A DNA stretch of 52,500 bases, from NCBI GenBank assembly GCA_038059695.1, contig JBBTIZ010000011.1, positions 1 through 52,500 on the forward strand. The letters run 5' to 3'. A program made the translations under genes and the position numbers. Shown piece by piece: positions 37,894-48,341 of the stretch (within the stretch, counting starts at the first letter, position 1; every line of letters begins with the position of its first letter). The notes below the pieces were generated by a model. That model was not told the DNA's origin. It worked only from the letters and a program-made list of their open reading frames with translations, and made no database searches. This DNA comes from Planctomycetota bacterium. Its GTDB lineage: Bacteria; Planctomycetota; MHYJ01; JACQXL01.

Positions 37894-39336
37894 ATGCATA
37901 ATATCGTCGCGATTGTCGGCCGGCCCAATGTCGGCAAATCCACCCTGTTCAACGCCCTGGCCCGGCGCCGGATGGCCATCGTGGATGCCATTGCCGGCAC
38001 CACCCGGGACCGCATCTCCACCCAGGTCACCCGGGATAATCTCACCGTGGAATTGATTGACACGGGCGGATTCGAGCCCAAATCGCAGCAGCAATTCTGG
38101 GCCGAGATTCACCAGCAGATAAACGCCGCCCTGGCTGAAGCCGACCTGATTATCTTCCTGGCCGACATCCGCACCGGCGTCACTAACCTGGAATTGGAAA
38201 TCAGCAAGGCACTGCACCATCAAACCAAACCCGTAATCCTGTGCATCAACAAAGCCGATACCCTGCAATTGGAAAAGGGCTTAAGTGAGTTCCGCAAACT
38301 CGGCTGGGGCGAGCCCCTGGCTGTCTCCGCCCTGCAGAAAAGGGGATTGGACGAACTCTGGGAAAAACTAAAGCGCTTTGAGCCCGCAACGCAACGCCCA
38401 CTCCCTCCTCCCGCTGAAGCGGGATACGGGATAAGAGCCGGTAATCCCTCCGGAAAACCGGCTCTAATATCCATTGCCATTGCCGGCAAGCGCAACGTGG
38501 GCAAATCCACCCTGGTCAATAATCTGGCCCATGAGGAACGCACCATCGTCAGCGAGATACCCGGCACCACCCGGGATGCTATTGACGTCCTGTTTGAGAA
38601 AGACGGCCGGAAATTTATCGCTATTGACACGGCCGGCGTGCTCAGGAAAAGTAAACTAAAAGACGCCGTGGAAATCTACAGCCAGCAGAGAACCGAATCA
38701 GCCATCCGGCGGGCCGATGTGGTGCTCTTTATGCTGGATGCCCGGGATAAAATCTCCGAGGTGGACAAGAAAATCGCCAATTCCATTACGGAAAACTACA
38801 AACCCTGCGTCATTGCGGTCAATAAATGGGACCTGGTGGCCAAAAACACCTTGTCCGGCGAATACCAGGCCTATCTGAATACGGCGCTGACGTCCCTGAA
38901 TTTTGCGCCCATTGTCTTCATCTCGGCCAAGACCGGGTTTAATGTTGACTCCATCGTCCAGATGAGCCAGGAACTCTATAGGCAGGTCGGCGTAACCATC
39001 CCCACTCCGATTCTGAACAAGGTGGCCGAAAAACTAAAGACATCCTTGCCGGTGGCGCATCGGGGCGCGCCGATTCCCAAGATATACTACGTGGCCCAGA
39101 CCGGCTCGTTCCCGCCCACCATCACCCTGATGACAAACAGCCGCGCCCTGTTCAGCGACCAGGCCCTGCGCTATATCCAACAACAGTTGCGCAAACTCCT
39201 GCCCATTTACGGCGTAAATATCAGCGAAGTGCCTATCAATATCCTGCTCAAAAGCAAGAGCCCGAAGAAAACCAAACGGGGACTCCAAAAAGACCCTAAA
39301 GCGGCCATCTCGGCCGGTAGGCACGGCAGGCCGTAA
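37894..39336 (+). CDS. der: Ribosome biogenesis GTPase Der
   Basis: Two G domains: GRPNVGKS/GKRNVGKS, GTTRD, DTGG/DTAG, NKAD/NKWD. Confidence 0.95.
   Translation: MHNIVAIVGRPNVGKSTLFNALARRRMAIVDAIAGTTRDRISTQVTRDNLTVELIDTGGFEPKSQQQFWAEIHQQINAALAEADLIIFLADIRTGVTNLELEISKALHHQTKPVILCINKADTLQLEKGLSEFRKLGWGEPLAVSALQKRGLDELWEKLKRFEPATQRPLPPPAEAGYGIRAGNPSGKPALISIAIAGKRNVGKSTLVNNLAHEERTIVSEIPGTTRDAIDVLFEKDGRKFIAIDTAGVLRKSKLKDAVEIYSQQRTESAIRRADVVLFMLDARDKISEVDKKIANSITENYKPCVIAVNKWDLVAKNTLSGEYQAYLNTALTSLNFAPIVFISAKTGFNVDSIVQMSQELYRQVGVTIPTPILNKVAEKLKTSLPVAHRGAPIPKIYYVAQTGSFPPTITLMTNSRALFSDQALRYIQQQLRKLLPIYGVNISEVPINILLKSKSPKKTKRGLQKDPKAAISAGRHGRP
38382..38467 (+). repeat. TAA-punctuated double-hairpin element, copy H, in frame within der
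   Basis: CGGGA TAA GAGCCGG TAA TCCCTCCGGA AAA CCGGCTC TAA. Confidence 0.8.
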
Positions 39337-39414
39337 AAATCCCGGCGGGTAGCAACTGCGCAATTCCCATTTTTCTTACCCATCTAAATCAGCGGTGTTA
39401 TAATCCCTGGCATT

Positions 39415-39603
39415 ATGACAACGCCAGCATCTGTAACCTGTAGGATTTGCGGCAACGCCGGCCCAAACAAGGCCTATCTGGTAAAGGAAATGCTCCTGGG
39501 CACCAGAGATGAATTCGAATACTTTGAGTGCACGAACTGCGGCTGTCTCCAGTTATATAATACGACAGAACTAACTGGTGTGCGGGCTGCTGTCGGAGGT
39601 TAA
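39415..39603 (+). pseudogene. Truncated class I SAM methyltransferase (N-terminal zinc ribbon only)
   Basis: CRICGN..KEMLLGTRDEFEYFECTNCGCLQ, then an early stop. Confidence 0.65.
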
Positions 39604-39611
39604 TTTTTTGA

Positions 39612-40091
39612 CTATGGTATCTCAAATTCACGCCAGTATAACTTTTCCTGTTCTGGTAAACGCTCAAACTGATTACGGGTTAACATTAAGACCTTCTCGC
39701 CATAAGGTAAAGTCCGCTCGTGATAACGAACATAAGCCGTGGCGCCCGGTCTTCCCGGAATATCCCTGAAGATAAGCCAGCCGCCGCCTTTGGGCTCTTT
39801 CTGGTGCGTGTACTTAACAGACGGTTCATTATACCTCAGGAGAATCTCCGGCTTGAAATAATATGAAACCGGATTGGCAATGGTCAGATAGTAATCCTTT
39901 ACTTCCGCCACCCTGAAACGATACGTCTGGCCGACTTTATTATAAGGCAGTTCACCCCTTTTGATAATCCGGTAAAGGGTGCGTAAACTTATTCTTAACA
40001 GCATACATACCTCATCAGAGGTGAGTAATTCCTGGGGGTGTTTACTAAAGAGTTCGGTAAATTTAATGATGGTTTTCTTCTTCTTTGGCAT
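39612..40091 (-). CDS. Excisionase/BldC-like HTH_17 DNA-binding protein with an extra C-terminal domain
   Basis: LLTSDEVCMLLRISLRTLYRIIKRGELPYNKVGQTYRF. Confidence 0.85.
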   Translation of the reverse strand: MPKKKKTIIKFTELFSKHPQELLTSDEVCMLLRISLRTLYRIIKRGELPYNKVGQTYRFRVAEVKDYYLTIANPVSYYFKPEILLRYNEPSVKYTHQKEPKGGGWLIFRDIPGRPGATAYVRYHERTLPYGEKVLMLTRNQFERLPEQEKLYWREFEIP

Positions 40092-40354
40092 ATGACATCC
40101 TATGACAACTCCTGACAGAACTCATCCTGTTAATACCGCTTTATGCGGTTAAAATACCATTTTTTAGGCCAAAAAGTCAAGGTTTTGCGCCTTGTGACTT
40201 ACCCTTGACCTAATGAATTATCTGACAAGTTAAGGTGATAAAATTCCTCTAACATCTTTAAATTACTAATGATATATCAAAAACATTTAACCTTTTATGC
40301 CAGATAAATTACTGATACAAAAATGTCCCCCCGGTGGGGGATAGGGTACCCCCT

Positions 40355-40689
40355 CATATCCCTTAGCCCCGAGAGTCATATCCCTTAGCGCCGGCAGTCA
40401 TAGCCCTTAGGGCCAAGAGTCATACACCTTATAGCCAATAGTCATACCCATTGTCCCCGAGAGCCATACCCTCTAACCCCAAGAAGCATATCCCTTAGCG
40501 CCAAGAATCATAGCCGTTAGCCCCAAGAGTCATACGCCTCAGCCCCAAGAGTCATACCCCTTAGCCCCAAGAGTCATACTCCTTAGCCCCAAGAGTCATA
40601 CTCCTTAGCCCCGAGAGTCATACGCCTCAGTCCCAAGAATCATACCCTCTATCGCCGAAAGGCATACACGTTAGAGCCGCTATGCATAC
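40355..40689. repeat. Degenerate tandem array, 22-bp period, 15 full units plus a partial unit
   Basis: Consensus about CATACCCCTTAGCCCCAAGAGT; CATA recurs every 22 bp from 40355 to 40685. Confidence 0.95.
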
Positions 40690-40741
40690 CTGCGATGAAT
40701 TTAATGGACAGGACTTGAAGTCCTATGTTATAATAAATTAT

Positions 40742-41626
40742 ATGATAGCCCTTATTGAATCCCTCAGGCCCAAGCAATGGCTCAAGAACCTCTTTGTCTT
40801 TGCGGCCCTGGCCTTCTCCCGAAACCTGACCAATACCCCACCGCTCATAAAAACCCTGGAGGCATTTATCATATTCTGCCTGCTGAGCAGCGCCTGCTAC
40901 ATCATCAACGATATCATGGATGCCAAGGCAGACCGGCTCCACCCAGTCAAGTCCAAACGCCCCATTGCCTCAGGACGGCTGCCCATCCCATTCGCACTGG
41001 TTATCGCCATTCTTTTATTAATTGCCTCGCTGGACTTGGCCTGGAGCGTATCCACTGTTTCAAAGAACCCGGTAGGTCTGCCGTTCTTCCACATCTGCCT
41101 GACCTATGCCGTATTGCAGATACTGTATTCGCTGGTCCTAAAACGGATGATTATTATGGATGCGCTGGTGATTGCGGCCGGATTCGTCCTGCGGATGGTG
41201 GCCGGGGCCGTGGCCATAGATATCGCCATCTCCAGCTGGCTCTATATCTGCACCATTTCGCTGTCACTATTCATCGCCTTCTCCAAGCGTCGGGCTGAGA
41301 TGACCGTCCTGGAGACGCCTGAGAATCATCGTCCGGTCCTGGGCCGGTATTCACCCTATCTGCTGGACCAGATGATTTCAGCGCTAACTGCCTCAACCAT
41401 TATGGCTTATACACTCTATACGCTGGCTGATGAAACCGTGGCCAAGGTCGGCTCACAGAATATGCTCCTGACTATTCCCTTTGTGGTCTATGGGATTTTC
41501 CGGTATCTGTATTTAGTGCACCAGAAGCAGGAAGGCGGCGAGCCGGAGAATATCATCCTGGCTGATAAGCCCTTGCTGATTAGTATATTGTTGTGGGCTA
41601 CAGTAGTAATAATTATCCTGTATTAA
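40742..41626 (+). CDS. UbiA-family decaprenyl-phosphate phosphoribosyltransferase-like protein
   Basis: RPKQWLKN, NDIMD..DRLHP..KRPIASG, KRRAE. Confidence 0.9.
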   Translation: MIALIESLRPKQWLKNLFVFAALAFSRNLTNTPPLIKTLEAFIIFCLLSSACYIINDIMDAKADRLHPVKSKRPIASGRLPIPFALVIAILLLIASLDLAWSVSTVSKNPVGLPFFHICLTYAVLQILYSLVLKRMIIMDALVIAAGFVLRMVAGAVAIDIAISSWLYICTISLSLFIAFSKRRAEMTVLETPENHRPVLGRYSPYLLDQMISALTASTIMAYTLYTLADETVAKVGSQNMLLTIPFVVYGIFRYLYLVHQKQEGGEPENIILADKPLLISILLWATVVIIILY

Positions 41627-41769
41627 CCACAGATTTAACCGGTTGCTTTCAGATAATTCAATAGAATAGGAATTCACTTTTTAACAACGGGATTTAGCTG
41701 ATTGAACTGATTTTTCCGTTAAATCCGTTTAATCCTGTTGTCTATAATTATACCAATTAATTTGTGCCT

Positions 41770-42843
41770 ATGAAATCGAAGATAGCAGTTCTGAAGACAT
41801 CCCCGGCCACGGTCCTGGCGGATTACGCCAAACTGATGCGCCTGGCGGACTACAGAAACACCCTGTCACCGGAACAAGACACGATTATCAAGCTCAATCT
41901 CTCCTGGACCCGTTATTTCCCGGCCTGTTCCTCGCAACCCTGGCAACTGGAGGGCGTAATCAAGACCCTGTTGGCGGACGGATTTGCCCGAGAGCGCCTG
42001 TTCCCGCTGGAGAATAAGACCGTGGTGACCGACCCGATTAAGGGGGCGCAGAATAACCGCTGGCTGCCGGTTTTAGATAAATACAAACTGCCCTTCACGC
42101 CCCTGACAGAGGTCAAGTGGGTCAAATACCAATTTAAAAGCAAGCTCCTGATGCTGGATAAGATATTTCCCGATGGCATTGAGATTCCGGAGATGTTTAT
42201 CGGTAAAAACATTATCCATCTGCCGACGGTCAAGACGCACGGGCATACGGTCACGACCGGGGCCGTCAAGAACTCCTTCGGCGGGCTGCTGAAAGAGGCG
42301 CGCCACTACGCCCATAAGCATATCCACCAGGTGCTGGTGGACCTGATGATAATGCAGAAGGAACTGCATCCGGGTATATTCAGCGTGATGGACGGCACGG
42401 TCTGCGGAGACGGAGCCGGTCCGCGCACGATGATGCCGATAATCAAGGACTATATATTAGCCGGCGCTGATTCGGTGGCGCTGGATGCGGTAGCGGCCCG
42501 GATGATGGGCTTTGACCCCTTAAAGATAGATTACCTGCGGATATGTAACGAGATGGGACTGGGCAATGCCGAGATGAAGAATATTGAGATTGTCGGCGCG
42601 GATATATCAGGCGTGGATTTCGGATTCCGGACTAAGAAGAGTTTGGTCATCTGGGGCGACCAGATGCTCCGCCAGGGCGGACTCAAGACCATCGGCAAAA
42701 TTGCTTTGCATCCCTGGCTAATGTTCTGGGCGCCCATGGCATCCAATCTCTACCACGATTTTATCTGGTATCCGCTGATAGGCAAACCAAGAATCAGTAA
42801 ATTTATGGAGACCGAATGGGGGAAGCTGTTCCGGAAATACTAA
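41770..42843 (+). CDS. DUF362 domain protein
   Basis: LPTVKTH..TGAVKN.FG, DG..G.GP, DSVALDA. Confidence 0.85.
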   Translation: MKSKIAVLKTSPATVLADYAKLMRLADYRNTLSPEQDTIIKLNLSWTRYFPACSSQPWQLEGVIKTLLADGFARERLFPLENKTVVTDPIKGAQNNRWLPVLDKYKLPFTPLTEVKWVKYQFKSKLLMLDKIFPDGIEIPEMFIGKNIIHLPTVKTHGHTVTTGAVKNSFGGLLKEARHYAHKHIHQVLVDLMIMQKELHPGIFSVMDGTVCGDGAGPRTMMPIIKDYILAGADSVALDAVAARMMGFDPLKIDYLRICNEMGLGNAEMKNIEIVGADISGVDFGFRTKKSLVIWGDQMLRQGGLKTIGKIALHPWLMFWAPMASNLYHDFIWYPLIGKPRISKFMETEWGKLFRKY

Positions 42844-42922
42844 ACACCAGTTAGCCACCAAGTCACGAAGACACAAAGAGGAAAAATAAACCCATACGGA
42901 CTTGGTGTCTTCGTGGCAGGAA

Positions 42923-44527
42923 TTACGCTGTTTTCTTTGGACGAATCACCTCATCCATGAGATGCGGCTGGAATATCTTGGAGAATCCCAGGTATGCGCC
43001 GATGCCCAGAACCACCAAGCCGAGGACGCGGACAGTTTCCCATAATAGATTAGGCGCCGGAGGCAGATACCTGAATCCCAGATAACATATCGCGCCCATC
43101 AGTAAACTGCAGAAGAGCGGCATAATCAGGCCTTTCATAAACCCGGATAGGATGGAATCCGGCGCATCAGGAATAACCGCCTTGCTTCTTTTGCCCAGCA
43201 CATAGAGCAAAATCACCAGATTCAGGACCGACGAAACAGTGGTGGCCAGGGCAAGACCACTTTCCCTGAGCGGGAAGACCAGAATTATATTCAGGATGAA
43301 GTTGGTGCCAACCATATAAATCCCGACCTTGACCGGCGTAATCATATCCTTGAGTGAATAGAAGGCCCGGTTGGTAATCTGGACCGCGCCATAAGACCAG
43401 ATGCCCAGCGCGTAGAAAATCAGGACAAAGTTAGTCCGTGCCACCGCGTCCAGCGAGAATGCCTTCGCCGTGTTATGGAATATCGCGGCCGGAATTGAGT
43501 AAAATGACCAGTGGATAACCGGTTCAGCCAGGACCATCAGCCCAACCGATGCCGGCAGGCCGACGAACAGGGCGATGCGCAAGGCCTTGTTAAGTTCGCT
43601 GAACATCCCGGCGATGTCGTTCTTGGCCACATAGTCAGCCAGGAAGGGAAAAACCGCGGTGGCCAACGAGATGCCAATCAAGGCAAAGGGGAATTGCATC
43701 AGCCGGTTGCCGTAATACAGGGCGGAAACTGCTCCGGGTTCAGGAACCAACCAGAGCGCAATAACATTATCTATAAACAGATTGACCTGGAATACAGCCA
43801 GTCCGATAATGACCGGGCCCATCAGGCGCAGGACCTCCTTTAAGCCCGGATGGCTGAAACTAACGGCCGGCCGGTAGGTGATTTTGCGCTTCCATAACGC
43901 CGGGAGTTGGATAAGCACCTCCAGGACGCCGCCGATTAAGACCGACCAGGCAATGACCATGACCTTTTCCTCGTCGCTGCCGCTGATGAATTCGGCCGCA
44001 ATGAATCCGCCGATCCAGCAGATGTTGAGGACCACCGAGGCCAGGGCCGGCATCAGGAAATGCTTGAGCGAATTGAGGATGGCCTGGAGCAGCGCCACCA
44101 GGCAGATCAGCGGCAGGTAGGGAATCATTACGCGCAGGAGTTTCAGGAACAGGGGCGAGAATACCTTTGAGGACTGGACAAAATCCGGCGCCGCCAGGGG
44201 CAGGACAAAGGTAAAGAGAATGACCGCCCCGGCCAGGAGCGCCAGAAACCCGAACAACATAGTGATGATTATATTAATAAAACGGAGCGCCTCTGAGAAC
44301 GGTTTCTGGTTGAGATAGGCGGACAGGGTGGGGATAAAGGCGGCCGAGAGAGCGCCCTCGCCGAATAAGCGCCGGAAGAGATTAGGAATCTGAAAGGCAA
44401 AGATAAAGGCGTCCCAGACCGGGCCGAAGAATCCGGTGCACAGGATATCGCGCAGAAATCCCAGAATCCGGCTTAACAGGATGCAGGCGCTGATGACCCC
44501 GGCCGTGCTGAGAATGCTCTTTTTCAT
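42923..44527 (-). CDS. murJ: Lipid II flippase MurJ
   Basis: SRILGFLRD, PNLFRRLFGEGALSAAFIP. Confidence 0.95.
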   Translation of the reverse strand: MKKSILSTAGVISACILLSRILGFLRDILCTGFFGPVWDAFIFAFQIPNLFRRLFGEGALSAAFIPTLSAYLNQKPFSEALRFINIIITMLFGFLALLAGAVILFTFVLPLAAPDFVQSSKVFSPLFLKLLRVMIPYLPLICLVALLQAILNSLKHFLMPALASVVLNICWIGGFIAAEFISGSDEEKVMVIAWSVLIGGVLEVLIQLPALWKRKITYRPAVSFSHPGLKEVLRLMGPVIIGLAVFQVNLFIDNVIALWLVPEPGAVSALYYGNRLMQFPFALIGISLATAVFPFLADYVAKNDIAGMFSELNKALRIALFVGLPASVGLMVLAEPVIHWSFYSIPAAIFHNTAKAFSLDAVARTNFVLIFYALGIWSYGAVQITNRAFYSLKDMITPVKVGIYMVGTNFILNIILVFPLRESGLALATTVSSVLNLVILLYVLGKRSKAVIPDAPDSILSGFMKGLIMPLFCSLLMGAICYLGFRYLPPAPNLLWETVRVLGLVVLGIGAYLGFSKIFQPHLMDEVIRPKKTA

Positions 44528-44530
44528 ATC

Positions 44531-44586
44531 TTACTCGCTGTTAGACCGAAGGCCGTTACAGCGAGTTAGACCCGCCGTAGGCAGGT
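44531..44586 (-). repeat. TAA-punctuated double-hairpin element, copy I
   Basis: Minus strand: ACCTGCC..GGCGGGTC TAA CTCGCTG TAA CGGCCTTCGGTC TAA CAGCGAG TAA GAT ATG(murJ). Confidence 0.85.
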
Positions 44587-44740
44587 ACTCCTTCTATAAC
44601 CCCCTTTATAATTATCGGACAGGGATGACGCCAGATTAAGCGGATTTAATCTTTATGCCATCTAAAATAACTTGACCTCACGCAGACCGAATGTTACAAA
44701 ATACTCAACTTCTCATAATACTTATATAAGGAGACGAAAT

Positions 44741-45367
44741 ATGAACAAAGTTATAAGAATAAGCGTTGTATTGTTTGCGGGAATATTGATAGCCGGATGC
44801 GCCATGCCGATGGGGACGGAAATGAAGGGTGGAAAACGTTCGTCATACAACCCGCCCGAACAACCGGTGTTTTATTCCAATGAGGCCAGCCAGGAATTTA
44901 TTGACGGGGTCGGGGATATGGCGTTGGGCCTGCTGACATCAGACGCCATTGCCAAGGCCTCCCAACCGCCGCTAATCGTAATCAGGCCGTTAGAGACCGA
45001 AGGCGAGGTGCCTTTTTATACTGCGAAATATGCGGAAACCGAACGGAATATATTAATGGGGAAGGCCGGCGATAAGGTCCGCTTTATTGATAAAGAAACC
45101 ACCGAGGAGGCGAATTATTATCTGTACGGGGTAATTTCCGAAGCCGCCGTCCCGCCATCCAATAATCCCGGCCGGAGGCGGTCATTTATTTATTCCGCCC
45201 CAAATTATTTAGAGCAAGCGGCTAAGAGCAATCCTGATACGGTTGGCAATAAATCATTTAAGTTTACCCTGATGCTGGTTGACCCGCGTTCTAATGCCAC
45301 CATCTGGAAGGATGAATGCGGTTTCGCTCCGAAAGAAATACCGCAACATAAGCAACGTTCAAAATAA
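44741..45367 (+). CDS. Lipoprotein, possibly LpoB/CsgG-like fold
   Basis: Lipobox IAGC; ends FTLMLVD..IWKD. Confidence 0.6.
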   Translation: MNKVIRISVVLFAGILIAGCAMPMGTEMKGGKRSSYNPPEQPVFYSNEASQEFIDGVGDMALGLLTSDAIAKASQPPLIVIRPLETEGEVPFYTAKYAETERNILMGKAGDKVRFIDKETTEEANYYLYGVISEAAVPPSNNPGRRRSFIYSAPNYLEQAAKSNPDTVGNKSFKFTLMLVDPRSNATIWKDECGFAPKEIPQHKQRSK

Positions 45368-45373
45368 TAAGAT

Positions 45374-45428
45374 GTCATGCTGAACTTGGTTCAGCATCTC
45401 TATAGACCCTGAAACGAGTTCAGGGTGA
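45374..45428. repeat. REP doublet GTCATGCTGAAC..TTCAGCATC / ACCCTGAAAC..TTCAGGGT
   Basis: Two hairpins between convergent genes. Confidence 0.7.
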
Positions 45429-45451
45429 GATTGTTAACTTTGTCAACAATC

Positions 45452-47617
45452 TCATCTTAATAATCGCAGAGAGTTGGCAATAACCAGGAGTGAGGATAGT
45501 TGGTGGGCCACGGCACCCCACATCATATTATGCTGGTGCTGGACAAACCATGTCACCACGACCATCATTACTATATTATATGCAATAGAAAAGGCAAAGT
45601 TCTGTCTGATTACGCCCAGGACCCGGCGGGACAGGGCAATGGCCTGTGGGATTTTGGACAGGTCGTCGCTCATCAGCGAGACATCAGCCGCTTCAATAGC
45701 CACATCAGAGCCGAAGGCGCCCATAGCCAGGCCCACGTCCGCGGCGGCCAGGGCCGGGGCGTCATTGACCCCGTCGCCCACCATCCCAACCTTAAAGCCC
45801 TGCGCTTTAAGTTCCTTGAGTTTATTGACCTTGTCTTCAGGCAGCATGCCGGCATAGAATTCCTCCAGCCCGGTTTGCTGGGCGATGGCTGAGGCCACGC
45901 GCCGGTTATCGCCGGTAACCAACGCTATCTTTTTTATACCGGACTGCTTTATCGCCTGAATCGCCTCAACTGCTTGCGGCTTGATGGTGTCGGTTACGCC
46001 GATAACGCCGACGATGTTTTTGTCGCGCACCACTATTAGGGTGGTCTTACCCTGGTTCTCCAGCCGGGAGATTATTTCGTTCACGGCCGGGGTAATATTA
46101 ATCTGTTCGCCGGTAATCAACCAGCTGTTGCCAACTATGACGCTCTTATCTTTACAGGTTGCCTTGATACCCGAACCCTTGAATATCTCACAGGCATCCG
46201 GCTCCGGGACAGTGAGTTTGAATTCCGCTGCCTTATTCAGCACAGCCCGGGCAATCGGGTGTTCGGAGCGCCGTTCAGCCAGGCCGGCTAATAATAACAC
46301 GTCTTTCTCGGTATTGTTATCCATCGGAACAATATCGGTCACCGCCAGTTTGCCGGTAGTGAGCGTGCCGGTCTTGTCTATGAGGAGCGCATCAAGTCCG
46401 CCTAATGCCTCCAGATACTGCCCGCCCTTGATAAGGATGCCCTTACGAGAGGCATTGGCCAGGCCGGTGACTACTGCGGTGGGCGTGGCCAGGACCAGGG
46501 CGCAGGGACAGGCCACGATGAGCAGGGTTATGGCTGTATAGATATTGCGGGTCAGGATAAAAACTATGACGCTGATGGCCAGGACCAGTGGAATAAAATA
46601 TTTAGCGTAGCGGTCCGCCACCCGCTGGATAGGCGCTTTTTGCGACTCGGCTTCAAGAATCAGCCGCTTAATCAGGGCGAATTTGGTATCATCCCCGGTC
46701 TTAGTGGCCTTCATCTCAAAGGCATTGCCTTCGTTGATAGTGCCGCTGTAAACCGTGTCACCTTCTTTCTTGTCCACCGGCAGTGATTCGCCGGTTAGGG
46801 TGGATTCATTAATCGTGGCATTGCCCTTGACCACGACACCGTCCACCGGGATTCTGGCGCCAAGTTTAATAATAACGATATCGTCAACCTTGACGCTTTC
46901 AGAAGGGATTTCCATTTCGCTGCCGTCGCGTTTGACCAAAGCCGAGACCGGCGCCAGGTTAAGGAGTTTGGTAATGGCCTTGCGGCTCTGGCGCAGGGCG
47001 AAACGCTCCAGGGTCTCGCCGATGAGCATAATCAGGATGACCATAGCGGCTTCTTTATAGGCGCCGACAGCCACCGCGGCAATACCGGCAATGCTGACCA
47101 GCGTAAATACGGTCAGGTCATTGACCAACAACGCCTGGATGGCGCCTTTTAATATGGTGTAACCGCCGATGACGATGACGCCCAATGATAATAGGTTGGA
47201 AAGGGTCAGTCCCCAGGCCAGCGGATTAGGCGCCAGATGCAGCAAGTCCAGCAAGGTGGCAACGATGACCAGAACCGCGCAGAGCGCCATCTGGCCGAAG
47301 AAGATGCGTTCCGCCCAATAGGCCCGGGTCTTTTCCCAGACGGTTTCACGGATAATATATCCGGGCCGGGTAATGGCTTTTTTGATATGCTCAAGGTCGG
47401 TGCGATACGGGTCGTAGCGGACCGCCACCTTCTCGCCGATGAAATTGACATTGGCATCCATTACGCCGTTAACGCAGAGCAGTGATTTTTCTATATTAAG
47501 GGCGCAGGCCGGGCAGTGCATCCCGGCAATGGGAATAATTACCTGGTTGCTGTTTATTCCTTTGGGCGCTGGCTGGGTATTCTTTTCCGGCTGATGGTCA
47601 CAACAAGTTGTAGACAT
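45452..47617 (-). CDS. Heavy-metal P1B-type ATPase with N-terminal HMA domain
   Basis: GMHCPAC, TGES, CPC, DKTGT, GDGVNDAP. Confidence 0.95.
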   Translation of the reverse strand: MSTTCCDHQPEKNTQPAPKGINSNQVIIPIAGMHCPACALNIEKSLLCVNGVMDANVNFIGEKVAVRYDPYRTDLEHIKKAITRPGYIIRETVWEKTRAYWAERIFFGQMALCAVLVIVATLLDLLHLAPNPLAWGLTLSNLLSLGVIVIGGYTILKGAIQALLVNDLTVFTLVSIAGIAAVAVGAYKEAAMVILIMLIGETLERFALRQSRKAITKLLNLAPVSALVKRDGSEMEIPSESVKVDDIVIIKLGARIPVDGVVVKGNATINESTLTGESLPVDKKEGDTVYSGTINEGNAFEMKATKTGDDTKFALIKRLILEAESQKAPIQRVADRYAKYFIPLVLAISVIVFILTRNIYTAITLLIVACPCALVLATPTAVVTGLANASRKGILIKGGQYLEALGGLDALLIDKTGTLTTGKLAVTDIVPMDNNTEKDVLLLAGLAERRSEHPIARAVLNKAAEFKLTVPEPDACEIFKGSGIKATCKDKSVIVGNSWLITGEQINITPAVNEIISRLENQGKTTLIVVRDKNIVGVIGVTDTIKPQAVEAIQAIKQSGIKKIALVTGDNRRVASAIAQQTGLEEFYAGMLPEDKVNKLKELKAQGFKVGMVGDGVNDAPALAAADVGLAMGAFGSDVAIEAADVSLMSDDLSKIPQAIALSRRVLGVIRQNFAFSIAYNIVMMVVVTWFVQHQHNMMWGAVAHQLSSLLVIANSLRLLR

Positions 47618-47656
47618 ATATTATAGAGTATCTTATCAGAACCGGTCGGTCAATCT

Positions 47657-48283
47657 TTATTTTAGGTAACTTACCTCAGCGCCCGATTTGATTATGCGAT
47701 GGGCAATCATTTCCGTAATGATAATAATATCCTCCAGGGGCAAATAGTGGGTAATGCCGGTGTCGTAGAGCACCTTGATAGTTTCTATAGCCGGATGTCC
47801 GCTGTCGGATTCCCAGAGCACAAAAAATATGGGCACATTGGGCAGCACCAGTGATTTGAGGCGATATTGCCGCCCTTCTTTAGCCGGATTAAATCCGATT
47901 TTCTGGACGGCCTTGATAAAGTCAGACGGCGCTGCGGTGAATCTCCTAATGATCAGGTCAATACTGCGCGCCTTGTAGGTCGGATAGTAGAACGCCGCGC
48001 CCGGGATGTTCTCCAGGGTAACTTCCTGGCTGGTCAGCGGCGCACCGTCCGCCGTAACCAGATAATGCAGGAGCAGTATCTTCTCGCTGATACGCGGCTC
48101 ACGCCCTGAAGAGATGGTTATATTCTTACCCCGCTCTTTAATGATGAATGTTTCACCCAGGAGTTCAATGGATAATACATCGCTATCCAATCTGGCGCTG
48201 CCGTTAAAAGCAACATCATCCAAATCCAGTTGGGCCAGCTTCTCGCAGGCAAGATTGTATGATGCTTCATAGGGATTCTGCAT
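47657..48283 (-). CDS. DUF3786-like protein
   Basis: ILLLHYL, LPNVPI..WE.D, YLPLED. Confidence 0.75.
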   Translation of the reverse strand: MQNPYEASYNLACEKLAQLDLDDVAFNGSARLDSDVLSIELLGETFIIKERGKNITISSGREPRISEKILLLHYLVTADGAPLTSQEVTLENIPGAAFYYPTYKARSIDLIIRRFTAAPSDFIKAVQKIGFNPAKEGRQYRLKSLVLPNVPIFFVLWESDSGHPAIETIKVLYDTGITHYLPLEDIIIITEMIAHRIIKSGAEVSYLK

Positions 48284-48341
48284 AACTAATTTATTAACTA
48301 TTATTTACAAATTCATAATTCATAATTTATAATGCATACTT

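Noticed and set aside
40355-40689. CRISPR array or coding repeat
   Set aside because: No spacers; the period is not a multiple of 3 and TAG cycles through the plus frames
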